From contig CAYHCG010000008.1 in the NCBI GenBank assembly GCA_964355135.1, forward strand, positions 423 through 64,422: a stretch of 64,000 bases of DNA, read 5' to 3'. The DNA is from Candidatus Woesearchaeota archaeon. GTDB lineage: Archaea > Nanobdellota > Nanobdellia > Pacearchaeales > GW2011-AR1. Within the stretch, counting starts at the first letter, position 1, and each line of letters opens with the position of its first letter. The translations under genes were made by a program, and so were the position numbers. A model generated the notes under the pieces. That model did not search any database. It was given only the letters and a program-made list of their open reading frames with translations, and was not told the origin of the DNA. Below are positions 8,591 to 17,670 of the stretch, piece after piece.

Positions 8591-9184
8591 ATGAAAACTA
8601 AGCTTATGTTTGAACTAAAAAGAAAGGCAGTTCATATTCTCGCCTTGCTATTTTTAGCAATCTATATTATCGTCCGGAGATATTCTGGGAAAGGCATTGC
8701 TTTATTATCTTTAACCTTGATTTTGATATTATTTTTAATTCTGGACTACTTTAGGATTATCAGAAAGAAAAAGATACCTTTCTTTCATATTTTCTGGAGA
8801 GAGAGTGAGAGAAGCAGATTAGGCGGCAATGTTTACTTTATAATGGGGACTGTAGTTTCTTTTGCGATTTTTGATTTTTGGATCGCTTTAACTGCCCTTT
8901 TGATGACTGTTTTTGGGGATACTGCTGCCGCGTTGTTTGGAATAAAATTTGGGAAGATATTTCTCAAAAGCAATAAAAACAAAACGTGGGAAGGCGCGAC
9001 CGCAGAGCTTGTAGTTAACTTACTTATCGGTTTATTACTGCTCCATAACTTAGCGGTCGCAATTGGCATGGCCTTGGCAGCAACTTTGGTTGAAACCTTC
9101 TTCACAAAGGTAGATGATAACTTTGCCGTGCCCATTATATCTGGATTTATTGGAGAACTTTTAAATTTGGTAATCAGATTATGA
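8591..9184 (+). CDS. Dolichol/phytol kinase-like (SEC59/CTP_transf_1) membrane protein
   Basis: RKAVH, FGDTAAALFG, KTWEG and DDN motifs. Confidence 0.85.
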   Translation: MKTKLMFELKRKAVHILALLFLAIYIIVRRYSGKGIALLSLTLILILFLILDYFRIIRKKKIPFFHIFWRESERSRLGGNVYFIMGTVVSFAIFDFWIALTALLMTVFGDTAAALFGIKFGKIFLKSNKNKTWEGATAELVVNLLIGLLLLHNLAVAIGMALAATLVETFFTKVDDNFAVPIISGFIGELLNLVIRL

Positions 9185-9258
9185 TAACTATGAAAAAATA
9201 CCTCCTGACGAGAAATAAAACTAACAAAGTTTAAATAAATGGAAATTGTCTTTTAATT

Positions 9259-10788
9259 ATGGCTGTCCAGATAAACCTTAATCCTGTTATTCCTCCACTC
9301 AAAAAACCTGAGGATAAAAAGAATGTTGATGTCAGATATGTTTTGATATCTCCTTATGTTTCTGTGCATATTTATTGGGACAAAAAAATCAGTGAGTTAG
9401 TGTACGAGCTTGAAGAGCCCCTTCTTGACGATTTTGAGAAAGAAATTCTTGAGAAACTTGAAAATGCTATGCTTGAGCTCATAAATGTTAATGTGGCTGT
9501 TGACAAAACTTTGGATGCGACCACTTCTTATATAGACCGAACAGCAAAATTGCTTATTGATGAATTGAATATTACTATTTCTGTAGAGAGTTATGATAAG
9601 ATTTTTTATTATCTTTTTAGAGACTTTATTGGATTAAACGAGATAGAGCCATTACTAAGGGATTATTTTATAGAAGATATTGAATGTAATGGTGTGGACA
9701 CTCCCGTTTTTATAATTCATAGAGTTTATAGAAATTTAAGGACAAATATAAAATACAATGATCTGGACAAACTGGCTAGTTTTGTAGAGAAACTGGCGCA
9801 ACGAACAGGAAGATATGTCTCTTATGCGCAACCATTACTGGATGGAACGCTGCCTGATGGCAGCAGAGTTAATGCAACCTTTACTAAGGATGTAAGTTCT
9901 CGAGGTCCAACCTTTACACTGAGAAAGTTTACCAAAATTCCTTGGACGCCTACACAATTGATTGCGATGAGAACACTCTCTCCGGAAATGCTAGCTTATT
10001 TCTGGATTTTACTAGAGCACAAGTCCAGTATACTCATTAGTGGAGGTACTGCCTCAGGAAAGACTACCTTGCTTAATGCCTTAGCTTTCTTTATTCCTCC
10101 TGAAGCAAGAGTTGTTTCAATAGAAGAAACGAGAGAACTTAACTTGCCTAGAGAGAATTGGTTGCCTAGTGTGGCAAGAACCTCAATAGGCGTAGGAAAA
10201 ATAGGTGAGATTGACTTGTTTGAGATATTGAAAAGCTCTTTTAGACAAACTCCGGATTATTTGATAGTTGGAGAAGTGAGAGGGAAAGAGGCATTCGTCT
10301 TATTTCAGGGAATGGCTTCCGGCCACTCTTCTTTAAGTACAATGCACGCGGACTCTGTAGATACTTTAGTAAGAAGGTTGCAAACTCCCCCTATAAGCTT
10401 ATCCCCGACACTGATAAATACCCTGGACTGTGTAGCAATAATGACTCATGCCGTGGTGAAAGGACAAGGCACGAGAAAATTAAGAGAGGTAGTAGAGATA
10501 ATTAACATTAATAATGATGGGAGCGCTTTGACTAATACTCCATTCAAATGGTCTCCTGCTCAAGACGTTTTTTATTCCAAGAACCACTTTAAAGTTTTAG
10601 AAAAACTATCTGCAAAAACAGGAATTCCTCCTGAAAAACTTAGTAAAGACCTATACGCCCGAGCGATGTTATTGTTTGAACTTTACAGAAGAAAAATATT
10701 TGGATTTTATGAGATTGGAACTATTATCAATGAATATTATAAAAACCCTGCAGAAGTATTGAAAAGGTTTAATGTAAAGAGCGGTTGA
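9259..10788 (+). CDS. Type II/IV secretion (pilus assembly) ATPase, VirB11/FlaI/PilB-like
   Basis: Walker A GGTASGKTT, RQTPDYLIVGEVRG, GH..STMHA. Confidence 0.95.
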   Translation: MAVQINLNPVIPPLKKPEDKKNVDVRYVLISPYVSVHIYWDKKISELVYELEEPLLDDFEKEILEKLENAMLELINVNVAVDKTLDATTSYIDRTAKLLIDELNITISVESYDKIFYYLFRDFIGLNEIEPLLRDYFIEDIECNGVDTPVFIIHRVYRNLRTNIKYNDLDKLASFVEKLAQRTGRYVSYAQPLLDGTLPDGSRVNATFTKDVSSRGPTFTLRKFTKIPWTPTQLIAMRTLSPEMLAYFWILLEHKSSILISGGTASGKTTLLNALAFFIPPEARVVSIEETRELNLPRENWLPSVARTSIGVGKIGEIDLFEILKSSFRQTPDYLIVGEVRGKEAFVLFQGMASGHSSLSTMHADSVDTLVRRLQTPPISLSPTLINTLDCVAIMTHAVVKGQGTRKLREVVEIININNDGSALTNTPFKWSPAQDVFYSKNHFKVLEKLSAKTGIPPEKLSKDLYARAMLLFELYRRKIFGFYEIGTIINEYYKNPAEVLKRFNVKSG

Positions 10789-10821
10789 AAGTTATTTAAA
10801 TGTATTTTGTTTGAGAAAGTA

Positions 10822-10992
10822 ATGAAAAAAGAGGAGATTTCAGTTCTAGCCCAGCTTTTGACTGCTATGAGAGAATGCGTTGATAAACTAGAGCACGCTG
10901 CTAAGAAAAAAGACTCTGAAGAAACTACTGTTGCCAAAAATGAACTTCTTAATCTGCAGAGAAGAATGAAAGAGATGTTAAAAAATGATTGA
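10822..10992 (+). CDS. Small helical hypothetical protein
   Basis: Short ORF inside the pilus operon, overlapping the next start. Confidence 0.55.
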   Translation: MKKEEISVLAQLLTAMRECVDKLEHAAKKKDSEETTVAKNELLNLQRRMKEMLKND

Positions 10993-12319
10993 TGAATTAA
11001 AAAAGAATATTGAGACTGAAATAGAAATCTTAAAGGAAATTTCTAATTATACTAGGGCTGTAGATTATTCTAGTGGAGAGGAAATTTCCTTGCTAAATGG
11101 GGCGATAGCATCCCTTCGAGAAGCTCTACTTATATTAAACGACTCAATCCCCCTTATCATCCAGGAAAGAGGGCCCGAGAGTGTCAAGATAGCTCAGTTG
11201 CCTCAATTACCGAAAAAGAGAGCGGTAGAAAAAAAGACTGAAGAAAAACTCGAAAAAGTGGAAGTGCAAAGAAACAATTCTGCAGTCAGAGTTTTACTAG
11301 ATAAAAAAGACAAAGAAAAATTCCTAAAAGAATTGACCATAAGCGAGGATTTTATAAAAAAGATTAGAAAGAGAAAGATCGGAAAAGAAGAGAGATTACT
11401 AGAGTTTAAGAAATCTCGCGGTTATTTAAAACTGGCAAATAAAATTTTTCTTGGACAGAGCGCTAAATGGATAAAAAAAGGATATTTTAGATCCTTAGCG
11501 GTAGAATTGAGAAAGGCCAATATTGACATTTTACTTGAAGTATATGTTGCAATGGTTTTCTTAAGTGTCCTTCTTTCTTTAGTCTCTTCCTTTATTTTAT
11601 TTTTAATCCTTATCTTTGTTGATATTAATACTACTGTGCCTTTTTTTACATTGTATAATGGAGATTTTTTCATAAGAATATTGAGAATAATCTGGATACC
11701 TATAGCAATACCTCTATTGACTTTTCTAGGATTATACTATTATCCTTCGAGCGAGAAAAAATCAATAGGTAGAAAAATAGACCAGGAGCTTCCTTTTGCA
11801 GTAATTCATATGAGCGCCATTTCGGGATCTGGGATCGCTCCTCTAGAGATCTTTAAAATAATAGGTCTTGGAAAAGAATACCCTTCCTTAAGAAAAGAGT
11901 TTAGGAAGGTTCTGAATCAGATTAATCTCTTTGGATATGATCTCATAACTGCGCTGAATAATTCTGTAAAAACAGCACCTAGTGAAAGATTATCTGAACT
12001 ATTCTCAGGATTGTCCACTAGTGTAACTTCAGGAGCAAGTTTGCAACAGTTTTTTGAGAAAAGGTCTGAATCGCTTCTTTTGAATTATAGACTAGAAAGA
12101 GAAAAATATACTCGCACAATTGAAACTTTTTTAGATATTTACATAAGTATAGTTATCGCAGCGCCCATGATTTTTATGTTGCTTATAGTTATGATTTTTA
12201 TTTCGGGCGTGGATATCAAACTTACCGCCGGACAGATAAGCTTAGTGTTTGTATTTGGAGTAGCATTATTAAATGTTGTATTCTTGATGTTCCTACAGAC
12301 AAAGCAGCCCGCATATTAA
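10985..12319 (+). CDS. Type II secretion system F (TadC/FlaJ-like) membrane platform protein
   Basis: IDQELPFAVIHM..ISGSG, GYDLITAL, TAPS motifs; follows the ATPase. Confidence 0.9.
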   Translation: MIDELKKNIETEIEILKEISNYTRAVDYSSGEEISLLNGAIASLREALLILNDSIPLIIQERGPESVKIAQLPQLPKKRAVEKKTEEKLEKVEVQRNNSAVRVLLDKKDKEKFLKELTISEDFIKKIRKRKIGKEERLLEFKKSRGYLKLANKIFLGQSAKWIKKGYFRSLAVELRKANIDILLEVYVAMVFLSVLLSLVSSFILFLILIFVDINTTVPFFTLYNGDFFIRILRIIWIPIAIPLLTFLGLYYYPSSEKKSIGRKIDQELPFAVIHMSAISGSGIAPLEIFKIIGLGKEYPSLRKEFRKVLNQINLFGYDLITALNNSVKTAPSERLSELFSGLSTSVTSGASLQQFFEKRSESLLLNYRLEREKYTRTIETFLDIYISIVIAAPMIFMLLIVMIFISGVDIKLTAGQISLVFVFGVALLNVVFLMFLQTKQPAY

Positions 12320-12322
12320 AAA

Positions 12323-13198
12323 ATGAAACTAAAAAAAATGCATTGGCTCGGAATAATCTCCGGAATTGTAATCGTCATTTTAGATTTGATCTTCTTTCTT
12401 GATAATACCAGGATGCTTTATTTTTTAATGGGTATCGCTTTTGGAATAATTGCCCTCCCATTTGTTATTGGCATGACTTTAGAAAATAAAAAAGAGCAAA
12501 AAATCAACGAAATGTTTTTGGAATTTTCCAGAAACTTGGCAGAAAGCGTGGCTACTGGAACTCCTATAAATAAAAGTATTGCAAATATGAAAAAAAAGAA
12601 CTATGGAGAACTCAATCCTTACATAGAAAAGCTCTCAAATCAAATTGAGCTTGGAGTCCCTATAAACAAGTCCTTAGAGAATTTTGCGGAAGATATCAAT
12701 AGCCCTGTAGTAAAAAGAGCGACTGCTTTGATAAGAGAAGCGGAGAAGGCAGGCGGAGAGATAGAACAAATACTTGACTCTACTGCAAAATCTGTTTCTG
12801 AAATAGAAAAACTAAAGAAAGAGAGAAAATCTGCAATTTACAGTTTAGTTGTGCAGGGATATATCATTTTCTTCATATTTATCGCTATTGTGATAGTAGT
12901 TGAATTCCAGATTTTGCCTTTGACTGTAGGAACTGGAGGATTTACTCAGTTTACAGGAGATATTAATAGCATTGATGCTGCGGCTTCAGGGGCCCAGGAA
13001 GATATGATAAGCCCTGAAGAACTAACCAAACCGTTTATATTTCTCCTTTTGACACAAGGATTTTTTGTAGGATTAGTTATTGGAAAGCTTACAGAAGGGA
13101 GTATCAAGGCAGGATTAAAACATTCTTTTATCTTGATGATGGCCGCATTTATAGTCTCTAGTGGAGCAAAGTTATTACTAACTCCTGTTAAGCCTTAG
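12323..13198 (+). CDS. Second type II secretion system F (TadB/C-like) protein
   Basis: F..F.RNLAES..TG, YG.L...I, AEKAGG motifs. Confidence 0.9.
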   Translation: MKLKKMHWLGIISGIVIVILDLIFFLDNTRMLYFLMGIAFGIIALPFVIGMTLENKKEQKINEMFLEFSRNLAESVATGTPINKSIANMKKKNYGELNPYIEKLSNQIELGVPINKSLENFAEDINSPVVKRATALIREAEKAGGEIEQILDSTAKSVSEIEKLKKERKSAIYSLVVQGYIIFFIFIAIVIVVEFQILPLTVGTGGFTQFTGDINSIDAAASGAQEDMISPEELTKPFIFLLLTQGFFVGLVIGKLTEGSIKAGLKHSFILMMAAFIVSSGAKLLLTPVKP

Positions 13199-14042
13199 CC
13201 TGATGGATTAGATAAAATATCTCATTTGGGATCGAAAATTTTTCAAAACTAAGGCCCTTTCTGAGAAGAAGACGCTCAAACCAGCCCCTCTGTGGATAAT
13301 TCATTGCCTTGCCAGAAAGTTTTTTTGTAGAAAAACTTACTAAGATATATTTTGACTCTACCGCCAGGATTATTTTCTCTGACAAAGCATGATCTTTTTT
13401 GTCTACTACATCAATTACCTTAAAAAGAATGCAGAGATCTGTTTTTGGCAGCGGGGAAGATAGTTTCCTTAAGTCAAGAGTAAAAGTTTTTCCATTAATT
13501 TTATTTTTTTTGAAAAAAGAATCTATGAGCGATAGCTCATCTTCCTTGATATCTGAAGCATAGTAGAAAACTTCGGGAGAGGCAAGAGCTAAAGGGTTTA
13601 AACCGCAGCCTAGATCCAGGATAGATTTTATTTTTAGTTCTTTTATTTTTTCTTTTATCAATGGGTAAAACGGAAGCCTCTCCGCAGTAGAAGAATGAGT
13701 TTTTAATAGCTGCATGAAATTATCTTCCTGTAGGAGTCTTGGACGATCTTTGAGGCTTTTCTGATATTGTCCTGTTAAAAATCTCAATTCTGAACGAATT
13801 TGCTTAGTGATTATTCTAAAATCTTGTTTTTTGAGATTTTTTAAGCTGATTGAGTGTTTTTTGAGATAATCGTGCAGGCAATCCTCAACTACTGCATCAG
13901 AGAGACCGCGGAGTTCTTTTTTTTCCTTAATCTCCTTACAGAGCATTCTGCTGAGTTTTTCATCTGATTTTGCAGAATCTCTGTCTAGGGAATTCTCATT
14001 CTTATTAACAGAATTCCCCATAATCAAGGCTGATTCGTCCAT
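13188..14042 (-). CDS. 16S rRNA m7G1405 methyltransferase homolog (RmtB/ArmA/FmrO family)
   Basis: HSSTAERL, LDLGCGLNPLA, VSFSTKKLSGK.M and NEIFY motifs. Confidence 0.75.
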   Translation of the reverse strand: MDESALIMGNSVNKNENSLDRDSAKSDEKLSRMLCKEIKEKKELRGLSDAVVEDCLHDYLKKHSISLKNLKKQDFRIITKQIRSELRFLTGQYQKSLKDRPRLLQEDNFMQLLKTHSSTAERLPFYPLIKEKIKELKIKSILDLGCGLNPLALASPEVFYYASDIKEDELSLIDSFFKKNKINGKTFTLDLRKLSSPLPKTDLCILFKVIDVVDKKDHALSEKIILAVESKYILVSFSTKKLSGKAMNYPQRGWFERLLLRKGLSFEKFSIPNEIFYLIHQAKA

Positions 14043-14092
14043 GATAAGCTAATTATGAGAACTTATATAAACATAGTTATTTATTTTTGTAG

Positions 14093-14851
14093 ATGAGAAA
14101 AAGAGGGATGAGTCATATAGAAGTAATTTTGTCTTTTATGATTTTTCTTGGAGCTGTTGGATTTGCACTTTACTTTTTCAGCCCGACAAATACTTCTAAA
14201 CTTGTCGACACTTCTTTAGATTATGTAAGTAGAGAAATTTCCAACAATATAACTGTATCGGTGACTACTTATTCTGTGAAAATTAATAATAGTGATAACC
14301 AGGCTAACTCTGCGGGCTTTTTAGCGATTAACATTAGCGGAATGTGTGATAATGAAAATAATGTGGCGAGAGTTGAAAATCTCTCAGGGAGTATTTTACC
14401 TTCAAAAATAGGGCCTGGAAACAGCAAATGTAAATCCTCTAATGATCAAGTTTTGATTATAGCCAATAGCGAATGGAATGCCCCAGAGGATTTTATCTAT
14501 ATTAAAATAAGCGAGGATTTTAATGAAACGGGCGATGAAGTGACTGGAAGTCCAACACCCAATGAATATTTCTATGAAATATCCACAACTAACTCGGAAA
14601 TTGAGTTTTCAGAGAAGAGAATACTTATTTTGAATAAGTCCTATTATGAAAATTATTACGGATTAAAAGAGGACTTCAACTTGCCTGGAAGAGTTAACTT
14701 TGGATTTAGCTTTGTCTTTGCAGATAATAGCATAGTCTCTGAAAGAGAAGTGCCTAATGGATTAGATGTATATTCTAAAGTTGAAAGAGTTGAAGTTTTA
14801 AGAGAAAATGGTCAAGTGCAGTACGCTGATTTGGTAATTAAAGTATGGTAG
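14093..14851 (+). CDS. Pilin-like protein (class III signal peptide)
   Basis: RKRG|MSHIEVILSF.. Confidence 0.7.
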   Translation: MRKRGMSHIEVILSFMIFLGAVGFALYFFSPTNTSKLVDTSLDYVSREISNNITVSVTTYSVKINNSDNQANSAGFLAINISGMCDNENNVARVENLSGSILPSKIGPGNSKCKSSNDQVLIIANSEWNAPEDFIYIKISEDFNETGDEVTGSPTPNEYFYEISTTNSEIEFSEKRILILNKSYYENYYGLKEDFNLPGRVNFGFSFVFADNSIVSEREVPNGLDVYSKVERVEVLRENGQVQYADLVIKVW

Positions 14852-15300
14852 CAAAAAAAGGATTTATGAGAATTATGGAAGCGACTATTGCAGTCTTAAT
14901 TATTTTAGGAGTGCTTTTTGTCATCGCCTCCCAACGGGAAGTTAGAAGTAATCAAGATCTAACTGAAATTCTAAGAGCGTTGCTTGATGAAATTGCAAAA
15001 GATCAAGAGTTAAGACAACAAGTTGTAGAATATAACTTGAGTGTGGCAAGAAATGAAACTCCTAACCGAGAGATATTGGGAAATCTGAGCGTATTTTTAG
15101 AAGAAAAAATAAAAAATCCTGCATTTAATCATTCAATAAGCATTTGCAAAGCAAACGAAACCTGCCCATTGCAAGTATCCTTTCCTGTTGAGGACCCTCA
15201 AGACATCTATGCAGCTGAAAGAATAATAACGACAACCCTTAGCCAGGGAGGTTCGCAAGAATTAAAAAAAATAAAATTATTTTTATGGAGAAGAGTATAA
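14845..15300 (+). CDS. Pilin-like protein (class III signal peptide)
   Basis: KKG|FMRIMEATIAVLII. Confidence 0.7.
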   Translation: MVAKKGFMRIMEATIAVLIILGVLFVIASQREVRSNQDLTEILRALLDEIAKDQELRQQVVEYNLSVARNETPNREILGNLSVFLEEKIKNPAFNHSISICKANETCPLQVSFPVEDPQDIYAAERIITTTLSQGGSQELKKIKLFLWRRV

Positions 15301-15352
15301 CAATTAATTATCTGTCGATAAGGTTTATAAACTTCTTTTCTTTTTAAAAAGA

Positions 15353-17665
15353 ATGAAAAAGAGTGGTGTGGTTTTCTTATTATTAGCAATTGTTTTTATT
15401 TTTGGTTTAATGGGGGAGGCTCATGCTGCATGTACATGTTCGGATAGTGACAACAGCGGGACAGACCAAAGTGGGACAGATTATATTGCATCTCTTATGG
15501 TTAGTGGAAATGCAAGATATAAGTCTAGTCCAACTGCTGCATGGAATAATAACTATGATAGGTGCAAAGATAGTACTCATATTTATGAAAGACAATGTGC
15601 AAGCAGTAGTGCGTGTACAAGTATATCTGTAGGAAGTCCCCAATGTCAGAGTTTAACTCCATTTTGTTTAGAGGTGCCTGACGCAGGAGATAAATGTGTT
15701 ATGTGTACTTCTGATAATCAATGTTCTGGATCGCCCCATAACTTGGGCTCTTTATATGGGTGCGGTAGTTCAAATTTTTGTGTTCAGGAATGGTCTGATG
15801 TAAGAGTCGGAGTTTTAAGGGCAGGAACAAGTACTACGATAAAGGAAGCTACAGTAACTTTTAATCAGGACCCATACACTCAAGAAGAGAGCACTGGAAA
15901 TACTGGGATGACTCCTACCATGAGTGTAAGAGTCGGATCGAACTATGTAAGAATTGAAAAAGAAGGATATGCCGATTATACAAATACAAATTATCAGGTA
16001 TCCGCTTATCCTAGTACAACAGATTTGATTTTTCATCTTTCAATATGCACGAATGAATGTTCTCCTCGAAATAGTATAATGTGTACTACTGATGGGTCTC
16101 CTTATCATGATCAGTGTCTTAAAAGATTTGGGTGTTGGGTCTGGGTGGAAGATTTGCTATGTTCAACTGGAACAACTTGTGTAGGAAATGCATGTACAAC
16201 ATGTGATAACGATCCTAATTTGTGTACTTCTGGAACAAGATGTTCAGGAAATGGAGTTCAGACTTGCAGTGTGGATAACGATCGGGATTCCTGTAGAGAA
16301 TGGAGTTCTACAGTACCTTGCAATGCTGATAATTTATGTTCAGCTGGAGTTTGTGTCCCTTCCGAATCATGTGTAGATAGTGATGATGCCAATAGGGGCA
16401 GTCCAGCAAATGGAGATGTTACAACTACTCAAGCAACCAGTGCAACTAAGACGGGCTCTCCTACCATGACTGACGAATGCTATCAAAGCGCCCCGAATCC
16501 TGATACATTGTATGAAGCTTATTGTGCTAGCACTTTAGCAGATCCTGGACGAACAATTGTAAGTTGTCCAACAGATAAGCCTGTTTGTTCAAATGGGGCC
16601 TGTGTAAGTGCCTGCACTCCGAGTCTTGAAATATGCGATGGCAAAGACAATGATTGTGACGGAAGTGTAGATGAAAATGATGCCAATATTTGCGGGGATT
16701 GGATGTGTTTTCATCCTGGACAGTCGGATGCGAAATGTGTTTGTAATGATGATAATGATTGCAATGATAGTAATGTGTGTACTATAAATGATAGATGTAC
16801 TAATCCTGCGAGTAGCTCGGCCCTTTGTGCTTATACAAATAATGATGGGGCTTCTTGCACTATAAATTCAAATCCTGGAACTTGCCAGAGCGGAACATGT
16901 ACTCCTCCTAATTGTGGTAATGGAGTTATTAATTCTGGGGAGCAGTGTGATGGGGATAATAATTTAGATGGAAAAACGTGTTCGACCGTCCCGGGAGGAT
17001 ACAATGGGGGAGATTTAAAATGCAAAGCGGATTGCACTTTCAATACTGATGATTGTAGTATTGGGGGGGGAGAAGACTGTACAGATGATGATGGAGATAC
17101 ATATTCTGCAATATCAGCGGATTGTGAAACGGGAAATGATTGTGATGATACGAACGAGACTATAAATCCTGGGGCAATAGAGGTATGTGATGATGTGGAC
17201 AATGATTGCGATGTTCCTACAGAAGTAGATGAAGGAGGAGTTTGCACACAACCAGAACAATGCGCATTATATCTTCCTGGAACTGCATGTTCAGAACTGC
17301 TGCAGGGAGATTGTAGTGCGTGCGGAGGATCTGTTGGGCCGAACGATCCTTCTGGAGATGGTTTAACAAATAAATACTGCTATTGGGAGAGTGGCGTGTG
17401 TAAGTTAGGAGGAACTGACGCAGATGGAAATATCTGCAGTGTAGAAACATTATCTTATCAATGTGTTGGGGATCAAACTTCTACAGACATAACGTATAGG
17501 AATAGTTGTGAACCTGCTTGTAGCGGTATTGAAGGCTGCGTTAAAGCAAACGTGCCATGCCCTCAAGTAGTTGATTTGCCTTTCTTTGGAATGTTTGGAT
17601 TTGGACTTAGCTTAATTATTATTGCAGGAATATATGGTTATTTAATAATGAAGAGAAAGGAGTAA
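15353..17665 (+). CDS. Large cysteine-rich cell-surface protein
   Basis: Signal peptide; PEGA/carboxypeptidase-regulatory-like segment (IEKEGY); EICDGKDNDCDG, CGNGVINSGEQCD and DCDD..INPGA.E.CD repeats; C-terminal LPFF + TM + basic tail. Confidence 0.85.
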   Translation: MKKSGVVFLLLAIVFIFGLMGEAHAACTCSDSDNSGTDQSGTDYIASLMVSGNARYKSSPTAAWNNNYDRCKDSTHIYERQCASSSACTSISVGSPQCQSLTPFCLEVPDAGDKCVMCTSDNQCSGSPHNLGSLYGCGSSNFCVQEWSDVRVGVLRAGTSTTIKEATVTFNQDPYTQEESTGNTGMTPTMSVRVGSNYVRIEKEGYADYTNTNYQVSAYPSTTDLIFHLSICTNECSPRNSIMCTTDGSPYHDQCLKRFGCWVWVEDLLCSTGTTCVGNACTTCDNDPNLCTSGTRCSGNGVQTCSVDNDRDSCREWSSTVPCNADNLCSAGVCVPSESCVDSDDANRGSPANGDVTTTQATSATKTGSPTMTDECYQSAPNPDTLYEAYCASTLADPGRTIVSCPTDKPVCSNGACVSACTPSLEICDGKDNDCDGSVDENDANICGDWMCFHPGQSDAKCVCNDDNDCNDSNVCTINDRCTNPASSSALCAYTNNDGASCTINSNPGTCQSGTCTPPNCGNGVINSGEQCDGDNNLDGKTCSTVPGGYNGGDLKCKADCTFNTDDCSIGGGEDCTDDDGDTYSAISADCETGNDCDDTNETINPGAIEVCDDVDNDCDVPTEVDEGGVCTQPEQCALYLPGTACSELLQGDCSACGGSVGPNDPSGDGLTNKYCYWESGVCKLGGTDADGNICSVETLSYQCVGDQTSTDITYRNSCEPACSGIEGCVKANVPCPQVVDLPFFGMFGFGLSLIIIAGIYGYLIMKRKE

Positions 17666-17670
17666 ATAAA

